DNA of 63,976 bases, counting the filler, from Globobulimina sp. (Eukaryota), in assembly GCA_003354225.1 (NCBI GenBank). It is 46 parts of 46 records of this genome, joined end to end, with 100 filler letters (N's around TTAATTAATTAA, not from the genome) between each part and the next. Parts side by side here need not be neighbours in the genome. Positions count along the whole stretch, not along the records: positions 11,153 to 12,446 come from PIVH01019253.1; positions 12,547 to 13,840 come from PIVH01019254.1; positions 13,941 to 15,234 come from PIVH01019255.1; positions 15,335 to 16,628 come from PIVH01019256.1; positions 16,729 to 18,021 come from PIVH01019257.1; positions 18,122 to 19,414 come from PIVH01019258.1; positions 19,515 to 20,807 come from PIVH01019259.1; positions 20,908 to 22,200 come from PIVH01019260.1; 38 more parts are not named here. One strand, 5' to 3'. Shown in pieces: positions 11,840 through 24,163 of this stretch (position 1 is the stretch's first letter; every line of letters starts with the position of its first letter). The translations under genes and the position numbers were made by a program. The notes beneath the pieces were generated by a model that was not told where the DNA came from, made no database searches, and worked only from the letters and a program-made list of their open reading frames with translations.

Positions 11840-12446
11840 ATGCCATCGTCATTATTATTGATATTTGCATTTATTCCATTCATCCAAGCAATTTCTGCTA
11901 AAGTTGCAGTGAGCAGGCGATTACTGACACATTTACCGACTGAAATAGCAGAGATACAAGAGATAGAAGACTTTATCTGCAAATATCAAAATGAAGCACC
12001 GGTACCTGCAGGAATGAAAAAAAAAATCACCGATTTGGTGATAAAAGAAAGCCAGACGTATTACGATCGACTGCCATTCATTTTGCAGTGTATACCAGCA
12101 TTACAGGCAAAGACAATCAATCTACCGGAATATAATAAAGTACTATATCTTTTACTTGGTGTTGGCGAGAATCGTTTTACATTTGATACAAATTCAAAAA
12201 CTGATAATGAAGTCGCAGATATATTATTTCATTCCTCTCGCAACATTCTAAAGTATTGGTATGTGCGAAGTTTCTCGGACCCGCAGTATCTTGCCGAGTA
12301 TTGGATTCCTATCATTTCGTATGAATTATTGGTTGGCGAGCATTATACTAAAAAAACAGCTGAATATAAAGATAAAGCAAGAATGGAATATTATTTTGTT
12401 CCATGGAGTCGACAGACAATACAAACAATAAAAAGGGAAATAGTTG
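11840..12446 (+). CDS. Hypothetical secreted protein, 3'-truncated
   Basis: Signal peptide and RRLL site; ~200-aa open frame. Confidence 0.6.
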
Positions 12447-12547
12447 NNNNNNNNNNNNNNNNNNNNNNNNNNNNNNNNNNNNNNNNNNNNTTAATTAATT
12501 AANNNNNNNNNNNNNNNNNNNNNNNNNNNNNNNNNNNNNNNNNNNNA

Positions 12548-13580
12548 AATTTAACGATTATCATCTCAATCCTAAGGAAATCGCAGCAATTACGGCAAAG
12601 TGTAAAAACTGTAAAGAAGAAGAGACACCTGCTGTTACTGTCACAATTTCATAATTATACGGAATTTATTGGCAATTTGCAGCGAGTTTGTATTAGCGAT
12701 ATGTCCGTGCAATTAATGAATCAATTTCGTAATATTTTAGCAAAGCCCATTTTTCTTATTCGGCCCGCATTACTTACAATGTGCGAAGAATTAAAAATGA
12801 TAATGTATCCATCTCGATTTGCATTTAAATTAAGTACAATTTTAGCTGCATGGAGTCAAAAACTAAAAAAGGACAGAGCCATTATCAGAAGCCATTATCC
12901 GCATTGTGTTTCCGCACTTGTAAAAACTGTTCCGCAAAATCACAACTTTGCACTTTGACTTTTCCGCAATAATTGTTCCATAAAACATAGGAAAAACTCC
13001 GCAACTATGTTCCGCAAAAATAGTGCCTAAAATTGATTTGGATTCGCAAAATATGATAATTAACACCGTTAATACCTATGAGATGGATACATTATTAACA
13101 TTTAAATGTTACGATGAAAGGAAAATATGGGATGAAGGGCGTGCATTGGAAGAAGATTTGATAAAAGAAACTAGTAAATTGTTAGGAAAATATGGTGTTT
13201 GCAATTTTCAAACGATTCGGCCAGCACTCGCTGCTTATTTTGCGCAATCAAAACATGCAAATATTTGTCTGAATATATTATTGGATAAAATCATAAACGA
13301 AAGAAATAATGAAGAATCACCAGATTGTGTTAATGTATGCCACGGTGCGTGTTACAGTCCATTAAAAGATTTAAATGCGAAGAGTCAAAAAGATGTCGTA
13401 TTCCATGTATTATCATTAAATATGTTAACGGCAATACATAATGCAGCCGCGTATAATGTTGATTTTTTTAATTTGATTGAAAATGATGTTGCAATATCAA
13501 TGACAACGAATGAATTTAATGAATTTTATCAAGAATGTGAGGACAAATATCCATCGGAAACATTATTATGCAAAGTTTAG
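12548..13580 (+). CDS. Hypothetical protein fragments, interrupted around 12898-13020
   Basis: Frame open from contig start to 12958, second ORF at 13023-13580; no family recognised. Confidence 0.35.
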
Positions 13581-13940
13581 ATCTGGAAATATTATACCCC
13601 ATAAGTTTATCAATGATATAAAGAAGCAGTATTTATACATGTTAGATTGTATGCAGGTATGTTGATTGCTTCTAGTAGGAATCCATATTTTGCAGCTCCT
13701 TCTTAATACTCGGTATACAACAAAAAATAACGATTGGTTTATGGACGTTGCCAACTGTGGCACAGAAAATTCATTTTATTCGATATGAATCCTGCGAACT
13801 GTTAGTGAAATAACTCAAGTAAAAAACTCTTCTTCTTTTCNNNNNNNNNNNNNNNNNNNNNNNNNNNNNNNNNNNNNNNNNNNNTTAATTAATTAANNNN
13901 NNNNNNNNNNNNNNNNNNNNNNNNNNNNNNNNNNNNNNNN

Positions 13941-14485
13941 GGGTCTTTTTTTAATTGTTTCTGAATCATTCCAATATTATTCTCATCACAAAATATCAAT
14001 GCAATCTCTTCATATCTCTCTGCAAATTTATTTACATATTGACATTCAATGATTTTTATTAATTCTTTGATAATATCGATTTGTTCAAACATCTCATTTA
14101 TTTCATTCACGCGTATTTCTAAATTATTTATTACGGTTTTACCGCAGAATGAAATCGAAGCACTCAATCCGTTGCCGGCTGACTGTAACTCTTCAATGCG
14201 AACTATTGACTTATTTAAATTATCCGATAATTCATAGATTAAATTATTTAATGATTCCAACATCAATAATGTTGCTGACTCGCTATCATTATCTTTCTCA
14301 TTATCCCCACTAATTTTTGCATATTCTATGTCCTCATCAGTTGGTGGCACAATAATGCATGAAAATTCATCACAAAATTCTTGCAATCCATCCATAATGT
14401 CCACTGTTACTATTTCCTCATATTTAGGACGTTCATATGCAATTGCAATTGCGTTTGAGTTTGTGGCTTCTTTTTGCTCTGACAT
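13941..14485 (-). CDS. Coiled-coil protein (tentatively BLOC1S4/cappuccino-like), 3'-truncated
   Basis: Acidic helical ORF with INEMFEQIDIIKELI; family call is weak. Confidence 0.5.
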
Positions 14486-14536
14486 TAGGTGCACAATCCA
14501 GACAAAAAACTAACTAAAATTAATTTTAACGAAACC

Positions 14537-15234
14537 ATGGCTACGCGTAAAGGCACTTGGTTTGGTTTAAAATCAAAATCCAAATCCAGATCCAAATCAT
14601 TTTCTTCTGCTGATGAATCAGATCATATCGAGGAAAAATTTCATAATATTGGCAAAAACATGGTTCTCTATAAACAAGGTTTCAAAGTCAAAATGAAAAC
14701 AAATCAATGGCACACAACATATGGCGCACTCAATATCAATATATCTTCGATGTCTTTATCAGATGAAAAAATCTATAAATGGACCTTCAAAATAAGTCGG
14801 CAAATGGCTTCACCTAAAATGGTGATTGCTATCTGTTCAAAAAGAGATGATGGAAACACTGCTTTTCATCACAAACATGACCGATTTTTTTATGGATATT
14901 GCACCAAAAATGGTACTAAAATTAGTAGTTTTGATAGAAGAGAAGAATATTATTCAAAACCTTGCAAACACCACGATGTCATAGCAATGGAATTGAATAT
15001 ATCTGCAAAAACACTTAAATATTATAAGAATTCACATGATTTAGGCATGGCATTCGATAATATTCATCTACCACAAACTTATTGTCTTTCCATTGCTGTA
15101 TTCGGCTCCGATTCAAAAGTTGAATTGCAATCATTCCGTTGTTCCAAATTTAAAGGTAATAAAACTAATGTTGTTCAACAAAAAGAAGAAAAAATATCAG
15201 TTGTAGAGAATTATAGCGAAGCAAATGACAGATT
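14537..15234 (+). CDS. SPRY/B30.2-like domain protein, 3'-truncated
   Basis: YKWTFKI, FYGY, DVIAMELN...LKYYKNSHDLGMAF. Confidence 0.75.
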
Positions 15235-17695
15235 NNNNNNNNNNNNNNNNNNNNNNNNNNNNNNNNNNNNNNNNNNNNTTAATTAATTAANNNNNNNNNN
15301 NNNNNNNNNNNNNNNNNNNNNNNNNNNNNNNNNNATATAAATATAAATCAATGCAAAGAATAGAAATAATAATTAATCCGGATTTGAACACACATAATAA
15401 ATCAATGCAAAATATTTGATATAGAAATGTCTCAGATAACTCGTTCAATGTTTTTGTTCACAAACGTATTTCACTAAAATGTATTCATCATATTCCTAAA
15501 CAACACATATATTAAACATACATTCTTTTCTTTCCATTTCATTGCTCTGTGCTCTCTGTATAAATAATCAGTAATTAAAAATATTGCCAATTCAAAAACC
15601 GAAAAAAAAAAGAGAATACAAAAACAGATATTTTTCTTATCAGAGGCAAGAAGACATATTTTATTGCTGTTTTCAACATAAATGTTTTTATTCAAAAATA
15701 ACAGATCATCGTCAAAAAATAAACAAATAATAATAGACAAAAATTACATACATAGTCAGCCATTTATTTATTTGCTCCATTATCATCTCACTAAAATATA
15801 TATACCATCTATTTATTTATAATAATTACATTAAACATCAATCAACAAATATCATCGATGCCCAAATAAGCAATAAAAGGTCAGAAGAGGTGTCAGATTC
15901 AATTATATGGAGTTAATCAACATTTGATAATTAGTAATATCTCTGAACGCGTTGCCGATCTCATCATTCACCATAATTACAAAAAATAGAATAAAATACT
16001 AAACTCAATATTTGTCGGTGCCAATATCTGTTTACAAAATAAAAATAAATATGAAAAGAAAGAAAGAATATAAAATATATTCAAATATGTATACAATAGT
16101 AATCAGTAAAATATTTTGTCAGAAAAGAAATTTACCAAAATGTACATCATTTTTTGTCAGTACCACAGGTAAAACATCATGGAATTGTATGGGAGGAGAA
16201 GGAGGATATCAATGCCGCATAAATACTAAACTCGGATATTAAGCCATCAATATATTCTATACATTCCTATATAAATATAAACCAATCTCATTAACACAAA
16301 TATACCAATACAAATACAATATATATACAGTATATGTTTTTTACATCAGCTCCTTATGAATGTATTCACTCATTTTCACAAAATGTGCTCAAACGCGAAA
16401 GGGAATGTTATCATCACTGTATGCCATCTCCTAAAATAACTAAACTGTTTCCGACATTAATTCAAATATTGCGTTTCTCCATCGATTATCCACTTTATTA
16501 AAATGCCTAAAAACAATAAAAACAATCCGGTAAATATTATAAATATGATCATGATGTTTTTTTTTTAATGATGGGGTTGTGTAAAAGGGTGAAAATGTTC
16601 AGACTAACCAGGATATGTTATACATCATNNNNNNNNNNNNNNNNNNNNNNNNNNNNNNNNNNNNNNNNNNNNTTAATTAATTAANNNNNNNNNNNNNNNN
16701 NNNNNNNNNNNNNNNNNNNNNNNNNNNNAGTTTGTCAAGTGGTGGATTCAGGAAATGGATAAAATGAAACTAAAAAAAAGTGAATATACCTTGCACGAAA
16801 TTGTCAAGAATGGTATCAACATATCAGATATAAACATATTATAATTAACTCATGGATACAAAATGGATACAAAGTAATTGATTAAGTAAACTTGCATTTT
16901 AAAACTAATTGACTTTTTAGGGTCACAGACTCACTCAAAGGAGCGCGATCGGGGGCTGCCCCTAAGTGGAAAAAGCTTTAAAAAACTTAGTCAATCACAA
17001 AAGAATGGTTTAGAAATGTGAACCTAAAAAGTCAAATGTTACGAAAATGGATGGAAATATGACTGAATACTTTTATCAGAAACATGTATTGAACAAAATG
17101 ATATTAGCAACCACCAAAAATGAATTTGACCCGATATTTATTAAATTTTACCCATTATTATGAGTTAGAAATTAAAAGGAACAATACGTAAACAAAAAAA
17201 CAACATTATAAACGATAAAGGAAATACACAGACAAAATAAAAAAAATAAAAAATAAAAAAACAACAACAAACATTTGATTCACTCACCACACCCCAACAA
17301 ATTGAGAGAAATTGCAATAATAAAATTGAACCTATATAACACATCAATAAACACACAAAGAGCCAAACATTTATCTCAAATAAACACAACATATCTATAT
17401 TTTACCCAAATCATTCTCAGTCATTATGTCACTATCATTCATTCTAAAAACAACTCAAAAACTCACAAAAAACATCATACGCAGATATATAGCATCAACA
17501 ACAAAACATAAAAACCATCGCACAAAAAAATCATTACTTATCAAAAACAACAATGCTCATTAAAATAAACCGTACACAGAAGCAACAAACATAACAATAT
17601 CAGACATCAGACGCAAAGCAAAAAACAACAACAAAAAACCATTAAATCTTTGCCATAAAAATACATCAACATAAAAAAAAACTAAACTTAATTCA

Positions 17696-18021
17696 TCATG
17701 GAAAGGACGGATGTATCGGAGCCGGCGCTTTGTTCTTTTGCTGTTCCTGTTGCTGTTGCTGGGTTTGCTGCGATTGCAATACTTGTTGTTGTTGGATCTG
17801 CTGCGCCAATAATTGCTGCAACAACTGCGTACTTTGATGATTGGACAAATTATTTAACTGATTATTCAAGCTCTGAATCTGTTGCTGATACAAGACATTA
17901 TGGTACGGATCGTACGCATTCTGCTGCTGTGCCTGCGCCTGCGCCTGAACCTGGGCCTGAGCCGCCAACACATGCGACAACGCGCCAATGTTGTTGATGC
18001 CATTCATGCCGCCCATGTTTG
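17696..18021 (-). CDS. Glutamine-rich protein, C-terminal fragment
   Basis: PolyQ/QA low-complexity ORF open from the contig end. Confidence 0.55.
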
Positions 18022-18121
18022 NNNNNNNNNNNNNNNNNNNNNNNNNNNNNNNNNNNNNNNNNNNNTTAATTAATTAANNNNNNNNNNNNNNNNNNNNNNN
18101 NNNNNNNNNNNNNNNNNNNNN

Positions 18122-18676
18122 GTCGGTCAGAAATCTGAGAGGCAGAAATGGATGAAATTTCTCGGCGAAGCTCAAGGCGTTAATGCGGTGTTATATATTT
18201 TGGCGATTTCTGACTATGATTTGACTCTTTATGAAGATAATAAAACCAATCGGTTGAAGGACGCGATCGATTTATTTAAAAAGATTGTTACTTCGCAGAG
18301 CAGTGATTTTTTTGAAAATAAAACGTTGATGTTGTTTTTTAATAAATATGACTTATTTTTAGAGAAAATTAAAGATGTTCCAATAACTACGACGTTTGAC
18401 GATTTCCCAGAGACATTTAATCCGAATGGCGAAGTGGATGTGGTTCGGTTTGTGGCAGCCAAGTTTTTAAAGGTGTTGGAAGAGGGAAATATTAAATTGG
18501 GCGGACCGTTGCACATCGTTCGAAGTACTGCTTTGGATACGAATAACATTGAAAAGGTGCGTATGTATTTTGTTTGTGATTTGTTGTGTGATTTGTATTG
18601 ACATATATAGATATTTGGTGATATTACACTTGATTTGGTACATCAAAATCTAAGACAATTAAATTTAATCCGATAA
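18122..18676 (+). CDS. Heterotrimeric G-protein alpha subunit, C-terminal part, intron 18557-18610
   Basis: GQKSERQKW, SDYDLTLYEDNKTNRL, FFNKYDLF (G4), STALDTNNI (G5); spliced last exon IFGDITLDLVHQNLRQLNLIR. Confidence 0.92.
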
Positions 18677-18725
18677 ATTAATAACATACTAAAATAAAAG
18701 ATGACCACACGAATAAACTTTGGCC

Positions 18726-18789
18726 ATCTCAGATTTTAAACGACCAATCATTTTTTGTATATAGCTGTTTGGGCTTTAAAATCTGAGAT
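18726..18789. repeat. Short inverted repeat with 15-bp perfect arms, downstream of the G-alpha gene
   Basis: ATCTCAGATTTTAAA...TTTAAAATCTGAGAT. Confidence 0.7.
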
Positions 18790-19514
18790 CGTTGATCTTA
18801 AACATTTTCGCTGTGATTCGTCATCAATCCTTAAATTACTGTAGTACGTTTATAGAACATTATGTGTTTTGTTTTTTAAGTAACGTACTTATTTTGTTTT
18901 GTTTTATCATTCTTTCGACTGCTTTTGTGTTCGCAGTGTCAGAGTGGTTTGTGATTTCCTCTCATTTTATACCTGTGCTTAATTATTATTTTATAGATAT
19001 TATATTTTTTTTGCGATATTTTTGTTTTTGTTTGTGTCAGTTTGGCGTGTTAGCATGTTTCATTTTCTTTGTATGAAATATGCAAACTGACATATGTGTG
19101 TTTGTAATTTTTTTAGTGTTTATATGCATTCCTGAGCTTAATTAAATTGCATATTCAATTTGTTTTTTATACTCGGATATATTTTTTGTTCAAAAATTTG
19201 TGACTCAATCTACAGAACTATCGCATGTATACTCTTTTTGTACTTTATAGCTGTATTTAGTACGCAATACAAAAGTACAAACATTTATTCGTTTGCAGTA
19301 GAATTAAATGTTTCCACTGCGTGCAAGTCTACAAAATCCATGTAGTTAATTATTAGTAATAGTAAGATATAAACAATGGACATTTGTTTAAAAAAACACC
19401 AAAAAAAAATAATANNNNNNNNNNNNNNNNNNNNNNNNNNNNNNNNNNNNNNNNNNNNTTAATTAATTAANNNNNNNNNNNNNNNNNNNNNNNNNNNNNN
19501 NNNNNNNNNNNNNN

Positions 19515-20129
19515 GGTTTAATTGCTTTAATAATCTTTTTCTGTTGGCAGATTTTTAAATTAGTAAAGAATATTAATTATCGAAATAAATTAAGGTTAGG
19601 ATACGAAGGTGAGCTTGTTACCGCACAGGAATTGATGAGGCTTATGCCTGAAGGTAACTATGTGTACCATGATTTCCAGGCAGACAAATTCAACATAGAC
19701 CATATTGTAATCGGACCGGCTGGTGTATTTGCGGTTGAGACTAAAGCCAAATCAAAAAAAGTCTCTGGTGATAACAAAAAAGATGCAAAGGCAATTTACA
19801 ACGGACAGGCAATTTCATTCCCTGATTTCAATGATACAAAATATCTTGAACAAGCTAAAAGACAGGCAAAATGGCTTTCAAGATGGCTGGAAAGTTCAAC
19901 TGGTGAGGGAATAGATGTATTTCCTGTTGTTTCTCTTCCTGGTTGGTTCGTCGAGCGGAAAGCACCATTCGATGGCATATATGTTATAAATCCTAAAAAT
20001 TTCAAAAGCATCATTCAGTCAAAAAAGAAAAACATCCTGACGGAACAGAGAGTTAAACAAATCGTTCACCAGGTTGATAGGAAGTGCAGAGATATCGAGA
20101 TCCAGTCTAAACAATATGACAAAAAATAG
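19515..20129 (+). CDS. Bacterial NERD (nuclease-related domain) membrane protein, 5'-truncated
   Basis: TM segment followed by GYEGE...NIDHIVIGPAGVFAVETK; no introns. Confidence 0.88.
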   Translation, partial: GLIALIIFFCWQIFKLVKNINYRNKLRLGYEGELVTAQELMRLMPEGNYVYHDFQADKFNIDHIVIGPAGVFAVETKAKSKKVSGDNKKDAKAIYNGQAISFPDFNDTKYLEQAKRQAKWLSRWLESSTGEGIDVFPVVSLPGWFVERKAPFDGIYVINPKNFKSIIQSKKKNILTEQRVKQIVHQVDRKCRDIEIQSKQYDKK

Positions 20130-20907
20130 GGACGACCCGAATTCGTTTATTTTTTAAGAATTGACTCTTTTTTTAAACCCCGTAACTGTATGGAAACTGC
20201 CCAAAAAGCGTTCAGGGTATCATCAAATCTTGATTAAGTTTTAAATATACCAAAATCACATTGGAAAATTGAAAGGGTTGATTACTGGCTATAATCTCTT
20301 GAATTCGTACAACTAAAAAATCAGCTTATGTATGTATAAATCGTAATTAGTTGAATAAATTACCCAGGTATGTAAGATAGATTTTAATCTTAAGTAAAGA
20401 TGATCGAATTAGGTCACTAGTACGATACTTCATATATTCTAAACATCAACAGAATGGTTTGATAAAATCAAAAGGTATGGAGTGCACTAATTACTATTTT
20501 TGTTATGTCGGGTCTTTTTAAAATCTATATAGATAATTTTTTCTACGATATCTGATTTGATTTTTTCAACATCGCCGGTTTTATCATTTATACAAAGGAT
20601 CCATTTGCTAGTTTCTTGAATTAGCTTCGATTTTATGACTTTATCTTTTGTATAAATTTCGACTTGTTCGATTTTTGATCCACCTAAAGCGATAGGAAAC
20701 CTAGGGTATATTGCTCTTACATAGTTCGAAACAAAAAACCAGAGGAGACAAAATATGCATATAATGCTAACAAATGTTTCAAATAAAGTTTGATATAGTT
20801 CATTAGTNNNNNNNNNNNNNNNNNNNNNNNNNNNNNNNNNNNNNNNNNNNNTTAATTAATTAANNNNNNNNNNNNNNNNNNNNNNNNNNNNNNNNNNNNN
20901 NNNNNNN

Positions 20908-21638
20908 AACTTGAAAACGTTGAATTTCCACCGAACGGCCTTTGCAGTTTCCACCAAATTTTATAGCCATTCGATAACAAAGATTCGCTTTCGTTCGAAT
21001 GTGTTTCTCGTATATGCCTAAATCATGATTATTATGTTTGTAACTCACACATTTATTCAACAAATCCAATCTCATTGTTATTATATCACCGTCATGTATC
21101 GGACGACGCACATATTTTGTGGCAGACACCCACGGTTTTGCAGTTAGACCTCGACCAATGTCATAACCATAAGCAACAAAGCCAGAGTTTTTACATTTAT
21201 AAAATGACTTCGACCAATCAGTTGAACTGTATTTTGCCGAGTTCTGTGAGCCATAAATACCGATCACCACAGAAGTTCCCCCCATTTGTTTTTTATTGCC
21301 TAATATTTTAAATTTCCATTCATAAATACAAGCGCTCATTGAATCAATTTCAAATTTACCAAAACAATTTGATGCTTTGTTTGTGATTGGTGTAATCCCT
21401 TTTTTATTCTTATAAACGTTAAACAAAGACTGTGTGTTATATATGGACACATCAAAACAGTCGATATCAATATGACCGTGAGCTGGAATAATATTTTCAT
21501 GTTTTTGATTATTATTATGTTGTTCTGTGACTTCTGTGATTGATGGTAGATGTTTATTGTCATTGTGACTGTGACTGTGACTGTGTGAGAATGGTGCGAT
21601 CCTGTATTGCTTTTTATAATTAGAATGATACGGTGCGT

Positions 21639-21670
<32 letters not shown>

Positions 21671-22035
21671 GGACAGTGTAGCTGTTGGATAGATTGTTGA
21701 TTGTGAGGTTGTTGTATTAATTGCAGTGCTAACTGTTGAACTGCTAGCTGTTGCTGATGTAGTTGATGCTGTTGAATAAAAGCTTCGACTTGTTGCTGAT
21801 GTTGCTGTTGTAGTTGTTGTTGCTGATGTTGTCCGGGTTGTTGTTGCCAATGTATTACTTGCTGTTCACGTTGTAGTCTAATTTGTGATTCCAATTGTAA
21901 TTGGTAAAGGGAGGGACCGTTGTCAAAAAACACATTGTTATTATTATCAAACGACTTTCCTTCCTGCTCAATTTTAAAATGATTATTAATACTGTTGTTT
22001 GGATTTTTATTCAATTGCTTTTGCAATTCGTCCAT
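20908..22035 (-). CDS. PolyQ + SPRY/B30.2-like domain protein, 3'-truncated
   Basis: Q-rich N-terminus; YEWKFKI, GDIITMRLDL, DLGI. Confidence 0.75.
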
Positions 22036-22570
22036 ACAATTATCAATCGATTGTGGTAGTTGTGATATTAGTTACCTAGGGATTTTAGTGCTGTCATTAT
22101 TAAAATTAAAGGATTTTTATCCAAAAAAACAACTACAGTATTAATTCACTCAAACACATATTTACCATTACATTTTTTAAATCGTTTGACCCATTTATAA
22201 NNNNNNNNNNNNNNNNNNNNNNNNNNNNNNNNNNNNNNNNNNNNTTAATTAATTAANNNNNNNNNNNNNNNNNNNNNNNNNNNNNNNNNNNNNNNNNNNN
22301 TGTATATATGCGGTTCACACGAATGTTTGAGAAAACTACCAGTCGGATCGCGGAGATCGATGGCTCGTTGGATAGCAGTAGTACCTGGGGCCTGCCTGGT
22401 GCGCAAAATCTGGCCCGCAATTAGCATAAAGTTGGTTATCTGGTACGCAACTGGCATTATGGTGTTTGACGTCACTGAAAACCTGGACCGCAAATCCATT
22501 TATATCGCCCGCGGCGCCCACACACTGCTGGTATTGGCTGCCAAAGACCTGTTATGTACCAATACAATAT

Positions 22571-22615
22571 GACGCGCGAAGCGCGTCGTAGTGCGCGCCG
22601 AAGGCGCGCACTACG
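22571..22615. repeat. Two tandem GC-rich GAA-loop hairpins
   Basis: GACGCGC-GAA-GCGCGTC and CGTAGTGCGCGCC-GAA-GGCGCGCACTACG. Confidence 0.85.
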
Positions 22616-23328
22616 TCACAAACAAAACTCGTGTAAAGTTAAACATGTATTGATGGGGGCACCCCTCTCGATTTCGTCTGTAAGTTTGATTCAATCTGAA
22701 AAAGTCTCTTTAAATGCTTATCTGAAAAGGAAACTGCTGCATTGCTATATAATTTCTCTACAATGGGTCATCAATTTTTGGATAGCAAGCTATACGTAGT
22801 TTAAAGCCTAATATTAATTAGGCCACAATACAGTTTGAAAAGTAAGAGAACCCAAATCGTATGTCATTTTTAGAGATATAATAGTAAATTTCGTTTTTAG
22901 TCTGTTACAATGATCGAAACATGTACGGACACGTTTTTCGTGTCCGATTACACAATATGATTGGCTCTTTTATAAATTTGAAAAACATGCCCAAACGCGT
23001 TTTTCATACGCCATTAGCTATGGAGTTAAAATACCAACACAAACTATTTTCTTTAGTCAACAATGAGCCTTCATAATGGTTCTGGGCTTTTTAAACTTAA
23101 ACTCGACCTTTGATTGGTCAAGACACTTAAATTATTTAACAGTTTATTGGTCGGCTAGTTACTGACGTCATATGACATCACCATCGTAACCCCAAAGTGA
23201 CGTCACATTGCGCAATCAAATGCAATCTTAAGCTGAAACTCCGCCCACTTTTATTACATCATATGACGTCACTAAAAATCAGTCAATAAATAATATGACG
23301 TCATATTGCGCAACCGTACGCAATCGAA

Positions 23329-23593
23329 GCTTCACCCACTTTTATTACTCCTAAGAAGGACGGCAGAGTACGCTGGGTTAGCGACTTAAGGGAACTTAAC
23401 AAAGTTGTTAAGAGAAAAGTTTATCCCTTGCCGATTATCAATGACATATTGCGTAAACGCAAAGGTTTCGAATTTTTTACAAAACTCGACATTAGTATGC
23501 AATATTATACTTTTGAACTTGACGAGGAAAGTCAAGACCTCTGCACAATTGTCACTCCATTTGGCAAGTACAAATATTTACGTTTGCCAATGG
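23329..23593 (+). mobile_element. Ty3/gypsy LTR retrotransposon reverse transcriptase fragment (diatom-type)
   Basis: [25 protein letters not shown]...YPLP...[12 protein letters not shown]...[15 protein letters not shown]. Confidence 0.9.
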
Positions 23594-23693
23594 NNNNNNN
23601 NNNNNNNNNNNNNNNNNNNNNNNNNNNNNNNNNNNNNTTAATTAATTAANNNNNNNNNNNNNNNNNNNNNNNNNNNNNNNNNNNNNNNNNNNN

Positions 23694-23785
23694 TAACGTG
23701 TTTCCAAAAACGAAGCTTTTCACGTCGAGGGGGCGGGCCCTTGGCTCCCCGAGACGTGAAAAACTTCGTTTTTGGAAACACGTTA
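23694..23785. repeat. Inverted repeat with ~33-bp arms
   Basis: TAACGTGTTTCCAAAAACGAAG-C-TTTTCACGTC ... GACGTGAAAA-A-CTTCGTTTTTGGAAACACGTTA. Confidence 0.85.
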
Positions 23786-24163
23786 CACAGTCAAGATACC
23801 AACTGAATATGGGTACAATATTTTTCCCAAAAAAAGACATGATAATAAAAAAATAATATTCCCGTGATATTTTTGAAATTATAAATATGATCATGTACAT
23901 ATTTATAATTTCAGATGTATTGATTTGTTTCATGGGACATAAAATATAACACAAAACAAAACACAAAACAAAACAGATAAAATATAGATTGCTGAATGCA
24001 ATAAATCCATAATATAACATATAACATTAAAATACCAACAGGAGACGAAACTAACGATGACATTGAGCTTAAAGTCCAAAACATTTTTGTTAAAACATCA
24101 AAAACCATGGAATGCTTTGCCGAGCAAAGCCAGTCATCGTTTCGTTTCGTTTTATATGGGTGA

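Noticed and set aside
15335..16628. Possible multi-exon minus-strand gene
   Set aside because: Exon-like segments contain stops and I could not assemble a recognisable protein.
18122..18135. Apparent G3-motif variant (VGQ rather than GGQ) in G-alpha
   Set aside because: It lies in the first bases of the contig, where sequence and exon boundary are unreliable.
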